Part shown: positions 49,257 to 58,877 of the stretch, one piece after another
How positions within the stretch are numbered: position 1 is the first letter of the stretch
How the letters are laid out: each line of letters begins with the position of its first letter
NCBI GenBank assembly: GCA_964481865.1
Contig: CAYZUG010000003.1
Coordinates: forward strand, 38,295-102,294
Direction of reading: 5' to 3'
DNA: 64,000 nucleotides
From: an uncultured Thermomonas sp.
GTDB lineage: Bacteria; Pseudomonadota; Gammaproteobacteria; Xanthomonadales; Xanthomonadaceae
Position numbers and translations under genes: made by a program
Notes under the pieces: model-generated
What the model was told of the DNA's origin: nothing
The model's database searches: none
What the model saw: the letters and a program-made list of their open reading frames with translations, nothing else

Positions 49257-50348
49257 TCAAGGCACCTGCACGTTGACAGGGCGGTTATTTCGATCCACCG
49301 GTTTGATGATTTCTGCTTCCTGCAGCAAATGACCACCGGCGGCAACCACCCATTCGCCAGCTTTTAACCCGGCACGCACTGGGACAGTTTCTTCGCTATA
49401 AGCACCCACATCGACCCGCCGCAGCTGGATCTGATGCTGCGCATCGACCACCCATACTGAAGCTTCATTCTGGGCATTGCGCTGTAATGCTGATAGTGGC
49501 AAACGGATACCTATCTGCGCATTTTCAGCAATCATCACCCGCGCGCTTTGCCCCAACTCAACCTGTTTCGCACTGTCGTGATCCAGTGCGACACGTGCGG
49601 CATATGTGCGTGTTTGCGGATCAGCGGCGGCGGCAATTTCTCGAATCACACCAGCAAGCCGCACCTCCGGCACTGCCCACAGCTCCACACTGGCTGCTTG
49701 TCCGGTATGGAAATCACGAATGCGTGATTCCGGCAAACTGATCGCAATTTCACGCCCGCTATCTGCCGCTAATGTAAACATCGCCTGCCCCGCTGCCACC
49801 ACTTGTCCTGCTTCAGCAAGGCGCGATGCAATCACCCCATGTTGAGGGGCACGCAGCTGTGTATATGCACGTTGGTTCTGCAAGACATCCAATTGCGCAC
49901 GCGCCGCACGATGCGCTGATTGCTGTGCATCAAATGCAGATTGGCTGATCAGCTTTTGTGCAAGTAATGCGCGATAACGCTGCAAATCACCCTGCAAACG
50001 ATCGACTTCAGCCTGCGCCGCTGCAACCTGCAAACCCGCATCGGCAGCATCAAGTTCAGCAAGCACTTGCCCCTGCTGCACGCGGCTGCCCGCATCCACA
50101 TGCCGCTTGCTGATTTTTCCACCCACGCGGAATGCTAATGGGCTTTCTTCACGCGCCCGCACATCACCCGCAAATACCGCACCTGATACCCCAGATGCCG
50201 CGCCAACCTGCATCACCAAAACTGTGCGATTCTGCGCGGATGTATCAGGTGTGGGCGCTCGGCAGGCGACTAATGCCAGCAGCATCATGCCGACAAGAAG
50301 GCTGCGCCAGCGCCAATCGATTACCGTAAGTCCATTGCATTGCATCAT
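49257..50348 (-). CDS. Efflux RND periplasmic adaptor subunit, lipoprotein
   Basis: It has a lipobox (MMLLALVAC) and the HlyD/AcrA-type coiled coil. ATG 50348 follows GGTGG. The tracked ATG 50396 would leave only 35 bp to tetR. Confidence 0.82.
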   Translation of the reverse strand: MMQCNGLTVIDWRWRSLLVGMMLLALVACRAPTPDTSAQNRTVLVMQVGAASGVSGAVFAGDVRAREESPLAFRVGGKISKRHVDAGSRVQQGQVLAELDAADAGLQVAAAQAEVDRLQGDLQRYRALLAQKLISQSAFDAQQSAHRAARAQLDVLQNQRAYTQLRAPQHGVIASRLAEAGQVVAAGQAMFTLAADSGREIAISLPESRIRDFHTGQAASVELWAVPEVRLAGVIREIAAAADPQTRTYAARVALDHDSAKQVELGQSARVMIAENAQIGIRLPLSALQRNAQNEASVWVVDAQHQIQLRRVDVGAYSEETVPVRAGLKAGEWVVAAGGHLLQEAEIIKPVDRNNRPVNVQVP

Positions 50349-50396
50349 ATGTCCACCGTTTGCACTGTCTGGCTGAACCACCAAACAAAGCTTCAT

Positions 50397-50430
50397 TGTA
50401 AATACAGAACTTTATAGTATATTATTTACA
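50397..50430. promoter_or_regulatory. Candidate TetR operator and promoter
   Basis: TGTAAATA (50397-50404) and TATTTACA (50423-50430) form an inverted repeat. It brackets a -35-like TTGTAA and a -10 TATATT (50418-50423). Confidence 0.45.
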
Positions 50431-50431
50431 T

Positions 50432-51106
50432 ATGAGCCGCCTGAAACCACCCCCAAAAGTGAAATCCAAACCCGCTGCCAAAACAGCGCGGGCAGCAGGC
50501 TCTGGGCGCCCCAAAGATCTTGCAAAGCGCGCCTCCATTCTTGAGGCGGCCAAAACCATGTTTGTCGAACATGGTTTTGATCGCGTCAGTATGGATCAGG
50601 TAGCGGCTGAAGCTGGGGTTTCCAAACTCACGGTTTATAGCCATTTTGGTGACAAGAACGGGCTGTTTGCTGAAGCTGTTCGCGCACATTGCGAACAAGA
50701 AATGCCCATCAGTTTGTTCGAGCCTGACCCTGATATCCCGCTGCGCGAACGTCTGCTTGCTATTGGCCATGCGTTTTTCAGCATGATCATGACCCCCGAA
50801 GCGATTGCCGCGCATCGTATTCTATGCTCTCCGCAAGTGGTCAGCAGCGGGCTTCCTGATGTGTTCTGGAAGGCTGGCCCACTCCCAACCAAACGCGCAT
50901 TCGCAGAGTTGCTGAAGCGACGCACAGAAGCGGGCGAACTGGACATTGATGAATTCGATATGGCCGCTGGGTACTTTTTCACACTTGTTAAAGGTGACCC
51001 GCATGCACAAGCCGTCTTCGGCTTTTGCTGCGATGAAAGCAGCTCGCCGCAGGTGCATATCGAAAACGTGGTCAATCTTTTCATGCGAGCCTATGCAAAA
51101 CGCTGA
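50432..51106 (+). CDS. TetR/AcrR family transcriptional regulator
   Basis: The TetR HTH is present (ILEAAKTMFVEHGFDRVSMDQVAAEAGVSKLTVYSHF). It is divergent from the RND adaptor-pump pair. Confidence 0.85.
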   Translation: MSRLKPPPKVKSKPAAKTARAAGSGRPKDLAKRASILEAAKTMFVEHGFDRVSMDQVAAEAGVSKLTVYSHFGDKNGLFAEAVRAHCEQEMPISLFEPDPDIPLRERLLAIGHAFFSMIMTPEAIAAHRILCSPQVVSSGLPDVFWKAGPLPTKRAFAELLKRRTEAGELDIDEFDMAAGYFFTLVKGDPHAQAVFGFCCDESSSPQVHIENVVNLFMRAYAKR

Positions 51107-51226
51107 ATCAACCCCAACGCGTCACACAATCTTGGTGACTTCTGGCACTGCAGTGCTCTACCCATGCAACACCAGACTTGCCAACAGACTCACCAGCCGT
51201 CGTACTACAATAGACGGTTCACCGCA

Positions 51227-51895
51227 ATGGATTCTTCCCCAATGACAATCGATTTCGCCCTCGCCCGTGAAAACATGGTGGAACAACAAGTCCGTCCTTG
51301 GGACGTACTGGATGTGCGTGTCCTTGACACACTCACCCGCCTTCCTCGCGAAGTCTATGTTGCCGAAGCCTTACGTGGTCTGGCGTATGCCGACACAGCG
51401 CTTCCGATTGGTCATGGTGAAACCATGATGAAACCGGTACTGGAAGGTCGCAGCCTGCAAGCACTTCTGCCACAAATCGAAGAAAGCGTCCTGGAGATTG
51501 GCACAGGAAGCGGCTATTTGACGGCGTGCTTGGCACAGCTGGCGCATGAAGTGGTCAGTATTGAACAACATCAAGATTTGGCTGATGCCGCCAAGAAAAC
51601 ACTGACCGCACAGGGCGTCACCAATGCTACCGTCCATACCGCCGATGCACTGACATGGTCACCTGGACGCACGTTTGATGTCATTTGCGTCACTGCCGCC
51701 GTTGAACATATTCCCGAGCGCTTTGTTGAATGGCTGAACCCAGGTGGTCGCATGTTCATCGTGCGTGGTCATGCACCTGCCATGGAAGCCGTGTTGGTGC
51801 ATCGCACTGTCAACGGAACACGCATTGAGTCGTTATTTGAAACCGAACTCCCTTATCTGGCGGGTGCTGCTCCTGCACCAGCTTTCTCTCTGTAA
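51227..51895 (+). CDS. Protein-L-isoaspartate O-methyltransferase family protein
   Basis: It has the SAM motif (VLEIGTGSGYLTACLA) and PCMT-like sequence. The start is uncertain (ATG 51227, 51242 or the tracked 51164). Confidence 0.75.
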   Translation: MDSSPMTIDFALARENMVEQQVRPWDVLDVRVLDTLTRLPREVYVAEALRGLAYADTALPIGHGETMMKPVLEGRSLQALLPQIEESVLEIGTGSGYLTACLAQLAHEVVSIEQHQDLADAAKKTLTAQGVTNATVHTADALTWSPGRTFDVICVTAAVEHIPERFVEWLNPGGRMFIVRGHAPAMEAVLVHRTVNGTRIESLFETELPYLAGAAPAPAFSL

Positions 51896-51911
51896 TACCA
51901 AGGACCTCATC

Positions 51912-53237
51912 ATGCTGCGTCGCACGCTCTCCCTTGCCCTTTCTCTTGCGTTGCTCCCAGTTGCTGCGCATGCCGATGATCTACTGCAGAGCTATCACAA
52001 TGCGCGCAGCAGCGACCCGCAATATGCTGCTGCTGAATCCAATCGCATCATCGCTGCTGAACGCCCCGTGCAAGCACGCGCCAATCTGCTTCCCAATATC
52101 GGGGGCAGCGTCGGTGCTAACTATGCTGATCGCGGCACGGGCTCAACACGCACCGGCTCCTGGGGCTTGAGCCTGCAGCAATCGTTATTCAGCTACGGCA
52201 GCTATACCGCATTGCAAGGGGCAAAGGCACAAGACCGTGCTGGTGGTTATTCATTGGAAGCCGCAGGTCAAAACCTGATCACGCGCACCTCATCTGCTTA
52301 CTTCAACGTGCTGGTGCAGCTTGAAACATTGACTGCCGCAGAAGCCGCAGAAACAGCACTGAAAAAACAATTCGACTTCGCCAGCAAGCGCTTGGAAGTT
52401 GGCTTGGCACCGATTACCGACGTGCATGAAGCCCGTGCGCAATACGATGGCGCACGCGCCAATACCATCTTGGCACGCAATGCTGCACAAGATGCTTATC
52501 AAGCATTACTGGAAATCACCGACACACCGGTTGCCAATCTGAAAGGTTTACCGGATGACTTCCAACCCGTCATTCCTGAAAACAAAAGTGCAGAAGCTTG
52601 GGTTTCGGAGGCACTGGCTACCAATCCCACACTGAAAGCTCAAGAAGCCAGCCTCGAATCTGCGGAAGCTGCCGTCGCTACCGCACGCTCAGGTCACTTG
52701 CCATCGCTAGGCCTGCAAGCGTCGTATGGAAAAGCCATCCCCAGCCTGTATGACCCTGCATTTATTGGCGCAAACAAAGCCAATACCAGCGTCGGGCTGA
52801 GCCTGAGCATCCCGATTTTTGCCGGCTTTGCAACACAATCCAATGTCCGCAGCGCCTTGGCACAGCGTGATGCCGCTGCTGATGCTGTAGAACAATCCAA
52901 ACGCTCCATTGAGCGCAGCACTCGCAATGCTTATCAAGCATTGGTTGCCGGCATCAGTGAAGTTGAGGCACGCCGTTTGGCACTGGTTTCTGCGCAGAGC
53001 GCATATGAAGCCTCGCAAGTTGGGCTTGAAGTGGGTACACGTACTGTTCTTGATGTGCTGAACAACCAGCGCACCTTGTTCTCTGCCCAACAAGCCTATG
53101 CGCAAACCAAGTACAGCTTCCTGCAAACACGCCTGCTTCTGGAACAGGCTGCAGGCACACTGGATATTGCCGACCTGGAAGATATCAACCGTCTGCTTTC
53201 TGCCGACAAAGCAGTCACAGGTATTGCGGCGCAATAA
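51912..53237 (+). CDS. tolC: Outer membrane channel TolC
   Basis: ATG 51912 follows an AAGGA SD and gives the signal peptide MLRRTLSLALSLALLPVAAHA. TolC repeat sequence follows. The tracked upstream extension overlaps the preceding gene. Confidence 0.9.
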   Translation: MLRRTLSLALSLALLPVAAHADDLLQSYHNARSSDPQYAAAESNRIIAAERPVQARANLLPNIGGSVGANYADRGTGSTRTGSWGLSLQQSLFSYGSYTALQGAKAQDRAGGYSLEAAGQNLITRTSSAYFNVLVQLETLTAAEAAETALKKQFDFASKRLEVGLAPITDVHEARAQYDGARANTILARNAAQDAYQALLEITDTPVANLKGLPDDFQPVIPENKSAEAWVSEALATNPTLKAQEASLESAEAAVATARSGHLPSLGLQASYGKAIPSLYDPAFIGANKANTSVGLSLSIPIFAGFATQSNVRSALAQRDAAADAVEQSKRSIERSTRNAYQALVAGISEVEARRLALVSAQSAYEASQVGLEVGTRTVLDVLNNQRTLFSAQQAYAQTKYSFLQTRLLLEQAAGTLDIADLEDINRLLSADKAVTGIAAQ

Positions 53238-53242
53238 CGCGA

Positions 53243-54562
53243 TCAATCAGGTAATACAGGTTCAATCAGGCTCAAGGTGCGCGCCAGCGCACCTCGGCCA
53301 TCTTCAAGCAATTGCGCTGCATTCGCTGTCATCTGTTGACGCAATGGCGTATCACGCAATAACTCAGCAACAGCATCCGCCAGCGTGCTGGCATCCTGCA
53401 CCATGCGCATGGCGTTGACCTCGCGCAAACGTCGCGCAATATCCACGAAATTATGCAATTGCGGGCCGCTTAAAATTGCCGTTCCGGTGGCCGCCGGTTC
53501 CAACAAATTATGCCCGCCAATCGCCTGTAAGCTGCCACCTACAAAAGCAACCTGGGCGCAGGCATAGAACCGCAGCAACTCTCCCAACGTGTCGATGACA
53601 AACACATCACTGGTTGGAGTAGGCCAATGGGCTTGGCTACGCACCGTCACATCAAAGCCAGCATCGCGCGCCTGTTGAGCCACCCGCTGAAACCGCTCGG
53701 GATGCCTTGGTGCCCAGAGTAAAAGCGCATCTGGGTACTGCTCGCGCAATTGTCGATGCGCATCCAGAACAATGGCTTCTTCTTCCTCATGTGTACTGGC
53801 GGCAATCCAGATAGGATGCTGCGCCGCAAATGCCTGTTTGAATTCAGCAACAAAAGACGCGTTATCGATAGGCAACATATCGAACTTCAGATTCCCGGTG
53901 ATGCTGACACGCTCCGCCGGTGCGCCCAATTTAAGAAAACGTGCCGCATCGTCTTTCGACTGTGCAGCCACTAAAGACACCCCCGATAACGCACGTCGCA
54001 GCAGCGGTGCCAAAACACGATAGCCACGCAATGAGCGTGCAGAAAGCCGAGCATTCACGATATAGGTTGGAATGCCTCGATCCCGACAGCCAAAAAGCAG
54101 ATTCGGCCATAATTCGGTTTCCACAATCAAGGCAATGGCAGGTTTGAAGTGCTGCAAAAATCGGGAAACAGCACCTGGCAAGTCATAAGGCAGATACACA
54201 TGTGTCACCTTGTTGCCCCACAGTGTGCGTACACGCTCCGAGCCTGTGGGCGTGATCGTGGTCACCACCAGCGGTAAATCTGGGCGCTGTTTCAATAATG
54301 CGTTGACCAGCGGCGCAGCCGCATTGACCTCGCCAACCGACACCGCATGCAGCCATAGCGGTGCGCGCGACGTGGTCGATGAATAACTGGCGTAACGCTC
54401 ATCCCAGCGCTGGAAATAGGCACGCTGACGAAATCCACGCCAAATCAAGTGATACAACGTAATCGGCACCAAGATATACAAGGTGATCGAATAGAAAAAA
54501 CGCAATAGACGCTCGAAAAAGTCAGCACGCATTTGTACAGGATAGCGAACCATGTCATCCAT
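53243..54562 (-). CDS. waaA: 3-deoxy-D-manno-octulosonic acid (Kdo) transferase
   Basis: The WaaA/KdtA sequence is present (LWLHAVSVGEVNAAAPLV). Confidence 0.9.
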   Translation of the reverse strand: MDDMVRYPVQMRADFFERLLRFFYSITLYILVPITLYHLIWRGFRQRAYFQRWDERYASYSSTTSRAPLWLHAVSVGEVNAAAPLVNALLKQRPDLPLVVTTITPTGSERVRTLWGNKVTHVYLPYDLPGAVSRFLQHFKPAIALIVETELWPNLLFGCRDRGIPTYIVNARLSARSLRGYRVLAPLLRRALSGVSLVAAQSKDDAARFLKLGAPAERVSITGNLKFDMLPIDNASFVAEFKQAFAAQHPIWIAASTHEEEEAIVLDAHRQLREQYPDALLLWAPRHPERFQRVAQQARDAGFDVTVRSQAHWPTPTSDVFVIDTLGELLRFYACAQVAFVGGSLQAIGGHNLLEPAATGTAILSGPQLHNFVDIARRLREVNAMRMVQDASTLADAVAELLRDTPLRQQMTANAAQLLEDGRGALARTLSLIEPVLPD

Positions 54563-54576
54563 GTAGAATCTCTCTT

Positions 54577-55485
54577 ATGTCGAATGGATCACAAAACCGC
54601 CCTTCTCTTGCTTTACAACACTGGCCCGTTTGGTTCGGTGTCTTCTGTTGCGCCGTTTTAGCGCGTCTTCCTTGGGCAGTACAACGCTTTTTAGGCGCGA
54701 TCGTTGGCAGTGTGGCACTTCGTATGCTGAAGTCGCGCCGTGAAGCAGCACGCACCAATCTTGCGCTCTGCATGCCACAGCTAACCCAAGCCGAGCGCGA
54801 ACAGTTGTTGCGCGACAACTTCCGCGATGTAGGCATTGGCCTTTTTGAGTTTGCCCGCGCTTGGTGGGGGAACATCAGCCCAATTCGTCGTACTGCACAG
54901 ATTGAAGGGCTGGAAATTCTGCAGCGTTTGCAGGCGGAAGGACGTGGCGTGCTTTTGGTTTCCGGCCATTTCATGACACTCGAAATCTGCGGTCGTCTGC
55001 TCTGTGGTCATGTTCCACTTGCCGGTATGTACCGCCCACACCGCAGCCCCGTCATGGAGTGGGCGGTGTTACGCGGGCGCTTACGCTACGCCAGCCATAT
55101 GTTTGCCAATCGTGATACCCGTGCAGCCATTCGCCACCTGAAACGCGGTGGGCTGCTGTGGTATGCCCCTGACCAAGACATGCGCGGCAAAGACACGGTC
55201 TTCGCACCGTTTTTCGGGATTCCAGCAGCCACCATCACCGCAACCCATCAATTTTCACGCATCACAGGTTGCGCTGTCGTCCCATTTTTTCATCGCCGTG
55301 AAGGGGCACATTACCGGCTGCGGATCGGTGAGCCACTGAACCCCTTTCCTACCGAAGATGCGGTTGCCGACAGCACACAAGTTAATGCCGCCATCGAAGC
55401 CATGGTGCGTGAAGCGCCCAGCCAATATCTCTGGTTACACCGCCGTTTCAAGCGCCAGCCGGACGGTATTTCGCGCTACTCATAA
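54577..55485 (+). CDS. lpxL: Lipid A biosynthesis (lauroyl) acyltransferase, LpxL/HtrB family
   Basis: It has an N-terminal TM segment and the acyltransferase HX4D/E region (SGHFMTLE). It is divergent from waaA. Confidence 0.82.
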   Translation: MSNGSQNRPSLALQHWPVWFGVFCCAVLARLPWAVQRFLGAIVGSVALRMLKSRREAARTNLALCMPQLTQAEREQLLRDNFRDVGIGLFEFARAWWGNISPIRRTAQIEGLEILQRLQAEGRGVLLVSGHFMTLEICGRLLCGHVPLAGMYRPHRSPVMEWAVLRGRLRYASHMFANRDTRAAIRHLKRGGLLWYAPDQDMRGKDTVFAPFFGIPAATITATHQFSRITGCAVVPFFHRREGAHYRLRIGEPLNPFPTEDAVADSTQVNAAIEAMVREAPSQYLWLHRRFKRQPDGISRYS

Positions 55486-56802
55486 GCCTTCTTTTGCAGT
55501 ATCGAGCGTACTGTCGGGCGCCCCCCACAAGCTTCCAACATAGAGCGCCATCAGCATCAACAACACTCCGCCCCAGAACGTCGAATAAGCGGCCAAATGT
55601 GTATTGAGCGGAAATACGGTGACGACCAAGGCCAGCATAGCTGGACGCGCACGCACACGTGCCCGCATATCGGCAAACCACCACGCTCGCCATGCCAGCG
55701 CAATACCCGATAGCCAAAGCAGCGCACCAAACACCCCGGTTTCACTCAGCACTTCCAAGACAATCTGATGGGCATGCAGTGCATTGCCTTCGCCCCACTC
55801 TGCAACCGTTCCTGATGCAGGATCACACGCGGGGTAGGCTTCACGAAAGCCGCGCACCCCAACACCTGTCAGAGGATGCTCGCGCAGCATGCAACTGGCT
55901 GCCGACCAGATCCTCAGCCGCCCAGACAAGGCCGTGTCCACACCTTCGCTATCCGTCGTCAACAGCTTGCTGGTGCGTTCAATACGGCTGTTCACCTGCG
56001 GCGACACCACTGCCAACAGCGTGATCGCCAAACCTGCTGCCGCAAACAGCACCAGCATGCCGCGACGCCCCAGCACACCCCAGCCACTCCACAGCAGCAC
56101 AAGGGCATAGGTCACCCACGAAGCACGCGAACCGGCGGCAATTAACACCACCCCCACTCCAACCGCCGCAAGCAACCAGCCCGTGCGTTTCCAGCGGGTG
56201 GCTGCCGCACATAGTGCAAAGGGTGACAGGGCAGCAAGCACAATGCCGAACTTCAGATTGCAGGGTCCGAAAAGACCAGCCAAACGATCAACCGCCTGGA
56301 TTTCTTCCAGTGTGCAGAAACCACGCCCAATGACGGCCACTTTTCCGTGATTCAGAAGCCAGAATAACGGGCTGGTGCCGCTTAATAGTTCAACCCAGGC
56401 ATCCACTGTCCATACCGCGACAATCAGCGCCAAACCACCGAATACGCGTCGCCGCCCCGCATCATTGGCCACGGCCACAGCCACCAGCCAGAGAAAAGGC
56501 AGATACAACAAGTCTGTTGCAGCTTTACGCAAGACACGCGGCGTATTGAATGCGTCAACAGCCGATACCAGCTCGGGCAACCAATAGGCGGCAAACAATA
56601 CAGTGGTCAGCGCCCACGCTGGCACACTCAATAATGCAGTGCCACCCTTGAAGCGGTTGACCAAGAGTTGCAGCAAACCTGCAAATGCACCCAGCAGCAA
56701 AACCGCTTCTGCCACACCACGCACAGGCCACAGCGCAACAAACGTCAGCAACCAGAAAGGCACCCAGCGCAGGATCAATGGGGCTTCAGTTGTTTGCATC
56801 AC
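55480..56802 (-). CDS. O-antigen ligase (WaaL/Wzy_C) family membrane protein
   Basis: This polytopic 440-aa membrane protein has a large loop. It lies in an LPS-core gene context. Confidence 0.7.
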   Translation of the reverse strand: MMQTTEAPLILRWVPFWLLTFVALWPVRGVAEAVLLLGAFAGLLQLLVNRFKGGTALLSVPAWALTTVLFAAYWLPELVSAVDAFNTPRVLRKAATDLLYLPFLWLVAVAVANDAGRRRVFGGLALIVAVWTVDAWVELLSGTSPLFWLLNHGKVAVIGRGFCTLEEIQAVDRLAGLFGPCNLKFGIVLAALSPFALCAAATRWKRTGWLLAAVGVGVVLIAAGSRASWVTYALVLLWSGWGVLGRRGMLVLFAAAGLAITLLAVVSPQVNSRIERTSKLLTTDSEGVDTALSGRLRIWSAASCMLREHPLTGVGVRGFREAYPACDPASGTVAEWGEGNALHAHQIVLEVLSETGVFGALLWLSGIALAWRAWWFADMRARVRARPAMLALVVTVFPLNTHLAAYSTFWGGVLLMLMALYVGSLWGAPDSTLDTAKEGL

Positions 56803-57926
56803 GATTGCACCACGGATTCATAAAGTGCCAATGTCTGTTCCTGCATGCGTTGCAAGGTATAGGGCATGTCCAATGATGGCGAAACCGGCTTGGAAACTAA
56901 ACCCTTCACCGTTTCCAACAACGCGGCTTCATCAAATGCAGGAACAGCACCCGCAGGAAACAGCTCACGCAGCAGCTCGCCTACACCCCCATGCGCCCAA
57001 CCCACAACAGGTCGACCCACGGAAAGCGCCTCGATCACGGTACGCCCGAATGCCTCGGGTTTGCGCGACAGTTGCAACACCCCGTCGCTGGCGGCATAGG
57101 CATCGGCAATCGCCGCAATGGACGGACTCATCACGACCGCCTGCGCAACCCCCAGTTGCTCGGCGCATTGTTGCAACTCGTGCAGGTAACGCTCGCGCCC
57201 TTGCTGCACAACACCCGGCATCCAAAGCTGCACAGGATGTCCCGCCTGCTGCAGACCCGCCACCAAGTGGATTGCATCCGTATGTCCTTTCAAACGCGTC
57301 CCTCTGCCCGGCAACAGCAACAAAGGCAATACTGAAGAAAGCCGTGGTTCGATCTGCTGCATCCGCTTGCGCGCCGCAGCATCAGGATAGGCCGCATGCG
57401 GGAACATGGCCGGATCAATACCGCGCGGAATCACCTGCAAACGTGCTGCATCCACCTGCGGATAATGCCTCTGCACATAATGCTTGACGGTTTCGGACAC
57501 ACAAATCACACGCTCACCTCGCGTCATGATGGCGCTGTAGCGCGATGGTGAGTTCAACCCGTGTACTGTTGTCAGAAAATGGGGGCGCTGGGTATCGGGC
57601 ATACCGCGTAACGCCCACCACGCCAGCCATGCGGGCACACGCGAACGTGCATGCACGATATCTGCCTGTGCAAACAAGCGACGCAATGCAGGCACATGCC
57701 GAAACACCAGCAATGATTTCTCACCGATTGCATACGGCAGATGCTCACCACCAGCAGCCAGCAGTTGCGGTAACAAGCGCCCGCCTGCCGATACCACAAG
57801 CGCACGATGCCCCGCCGCATGCAAAGCAGCCGTGATTTCCAGAGTCGATCGCTCAACACCACCAGCATCCAGTGCTGGCAAGAGCTGCACCACCGTAAGA
57901 CGGCGCATCCGCGTGCCGTCAGTCAA
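56799..57926 (-). CDS. Glycosyltransferase family 4 (LPS core)
   Basis: It has a GT-B fold with N-terminal GGVERSTLEI and a C-terminal EAFGRTVIEA (EX7E-like). It overlaps the ligase gene by 4 nt. Confidence 0.8.
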   Translation of the reverse strand: MTDGTRMRRLTVVQLLPALDAGGVERSTLEITAALHAAGHRALVVSAGGRLLPQLLAAGGEHLPYAIGEKSLLVFRHVPALRRLFAQADIVHARSRVPAWLAWWALRGMPDTQRPHFLTTVHGLNSPSRYSAIMTRGERVICVSETVKHYVQRHYPQVDAARLQVIPRGIDPAMFPHAAYPDAAARKRMQQIEPRLSSVLPLLLLPGRGTRLKGHTDAIHLVAGLQQAGHPVQLWMPGVVQQGRERYLHELQQCAEQLGVAQAVVMSPSIAAIADAYAASDGVLQLSRKPEAFGRTVIEALSVGRPVVGWAHGGVGELLRELFPAGAVPAFDEAALLETVKGLVSKPVSPSLDMPYTLQRMQEQTLALYESVVQS

Positions 57927-58116
57927 TCAGAACGTAATGCGTTCCGCAGTAAGGGCATTGGCTTTTGCCACCTTCTGCTTCAATCGACAAATACACACGT
58001 GGATGTTCGTTCCACACCGGCATTGCCGGCATCGGGCAACTTAAAGGCAAATCCGCACGACGCACTTCAACCGGTGCTGACTGGGAAACAGAAGACGCTG
58101 AGGCAGGGTTTGTCAT
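57919..58116 (-). CDS. Zinc-finger (zf-CHCC / NDUFS6 C-terminal-like) small protein
   Basis: The protein is 65 aa with C...H...CPYC (LSCPMPAMPVWNEHPRVYL...QCPYCGTHYVL). It overlaps the GT4 start by 8 nt. Confidence 0.6.
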   Translation of the reverse strand: MTNPASASSVSQSAPVEVRRADLPLSCPMPAMPVWNEHPRVYLSIEAEGGKSQCPYCGTHYVLID

Positions 58117-58166
58117 GACGACACTTCACATCAAACACGAAAGACCGTCAGTTTAACAGCGACGCG

Positions 58167-58874
58167 TCATTGCGGCAGCTGAAACAGCAACACATCGCTG
58201 GCAGCGGCCATACCCGTCAGCTGCGCGACCTGCGCTTCATCTACAAAACCCAGTGCATCGCCCGCCTGCAACTGGCGCTCACCCAAATGCACTTCACCGG
58301 CAGCCACATGCAGCCAGTAACGCCATTGCGGATCAAGCTGCACATCGACCTGCGCGCCCTGTGGCAAATGGGTGGAATACAACGTCGCCTGCTGACGAAT
58401 GGCGATGGAACCAGCCGCCCCATCCGGTGAGGCAATCACCACCCAACGCGCATGCCGCTGTTCCGCAGAAAAATGTTTCTGGTCATAGGCAGGCACTGCA
58501 TTCAAGCGATCGGGCTGAATCCAGATTTGCAAGAAATGCACGGGGGTATCCAACGAGCCGTTGTATTCACTGTGCTCAATGCCATGCCCGGCACTCATCC
58601 ATTGCACATCCCCAGCGCGGATCACCCCATGATGACCAGCGCTGTCCTTGTGCTTCAGTGCGCCCTCCAGGACAACACTGATGATTTCCATATTCGCATG
58701 ACGATGCGGTGCGAAACCGCCGCCAGCGGCGACGGTATCGTCATTGATGACACGCAGAACGCCAAAGCCCATCCACGCCGGGTCGTAATAATGCCCGAAC
58801 GAAAATGTGTGCTGACTATGCAGCCAATCCAGCGCCACATTGCCGCGTGTTTGCGCTAGGCGTTCCACGATCAT
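58167..58874 (-). CDS. Pirin family protein
   Basis: The cupin motifs of pirin are present (GFAPHRHANMEIISVVLEG...WMSAGHGIEHSE). Confidence 0.9.
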   Translation of the reverse strand: MIVERLAQTRGNVALDWLHSQHTFSFGHYYDPAWMGFGVLRVINDDTVAAGGGFAPHRHANMEIISVVLEGALKHKDSAGHHGVIRAGDVQWMSAGHGIEHSEYNGSLDTPVHFLQIWIQPDRLNAVPAYDQKHFSAEQRHARWVVIASPDGAAGSIAIRQQATLYSTHLPQGAQVDVQLDPQWRYWLHVAAGEVHLGERQLQAGDALGFVDEAQVAQLTGMAAASDVLLFQLPQ

Positions 58875-58877
58875 GGC

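Noticed and set aside
51744-51911. The tracked N-terminal extension of the tolC ORF overlaps the PCMT-like gene by about 150 nt.
   Set aside because: ATG 51912 has an AAGGA SD and yields a canonical signal peptide. The extension has no signal-peptide logic.
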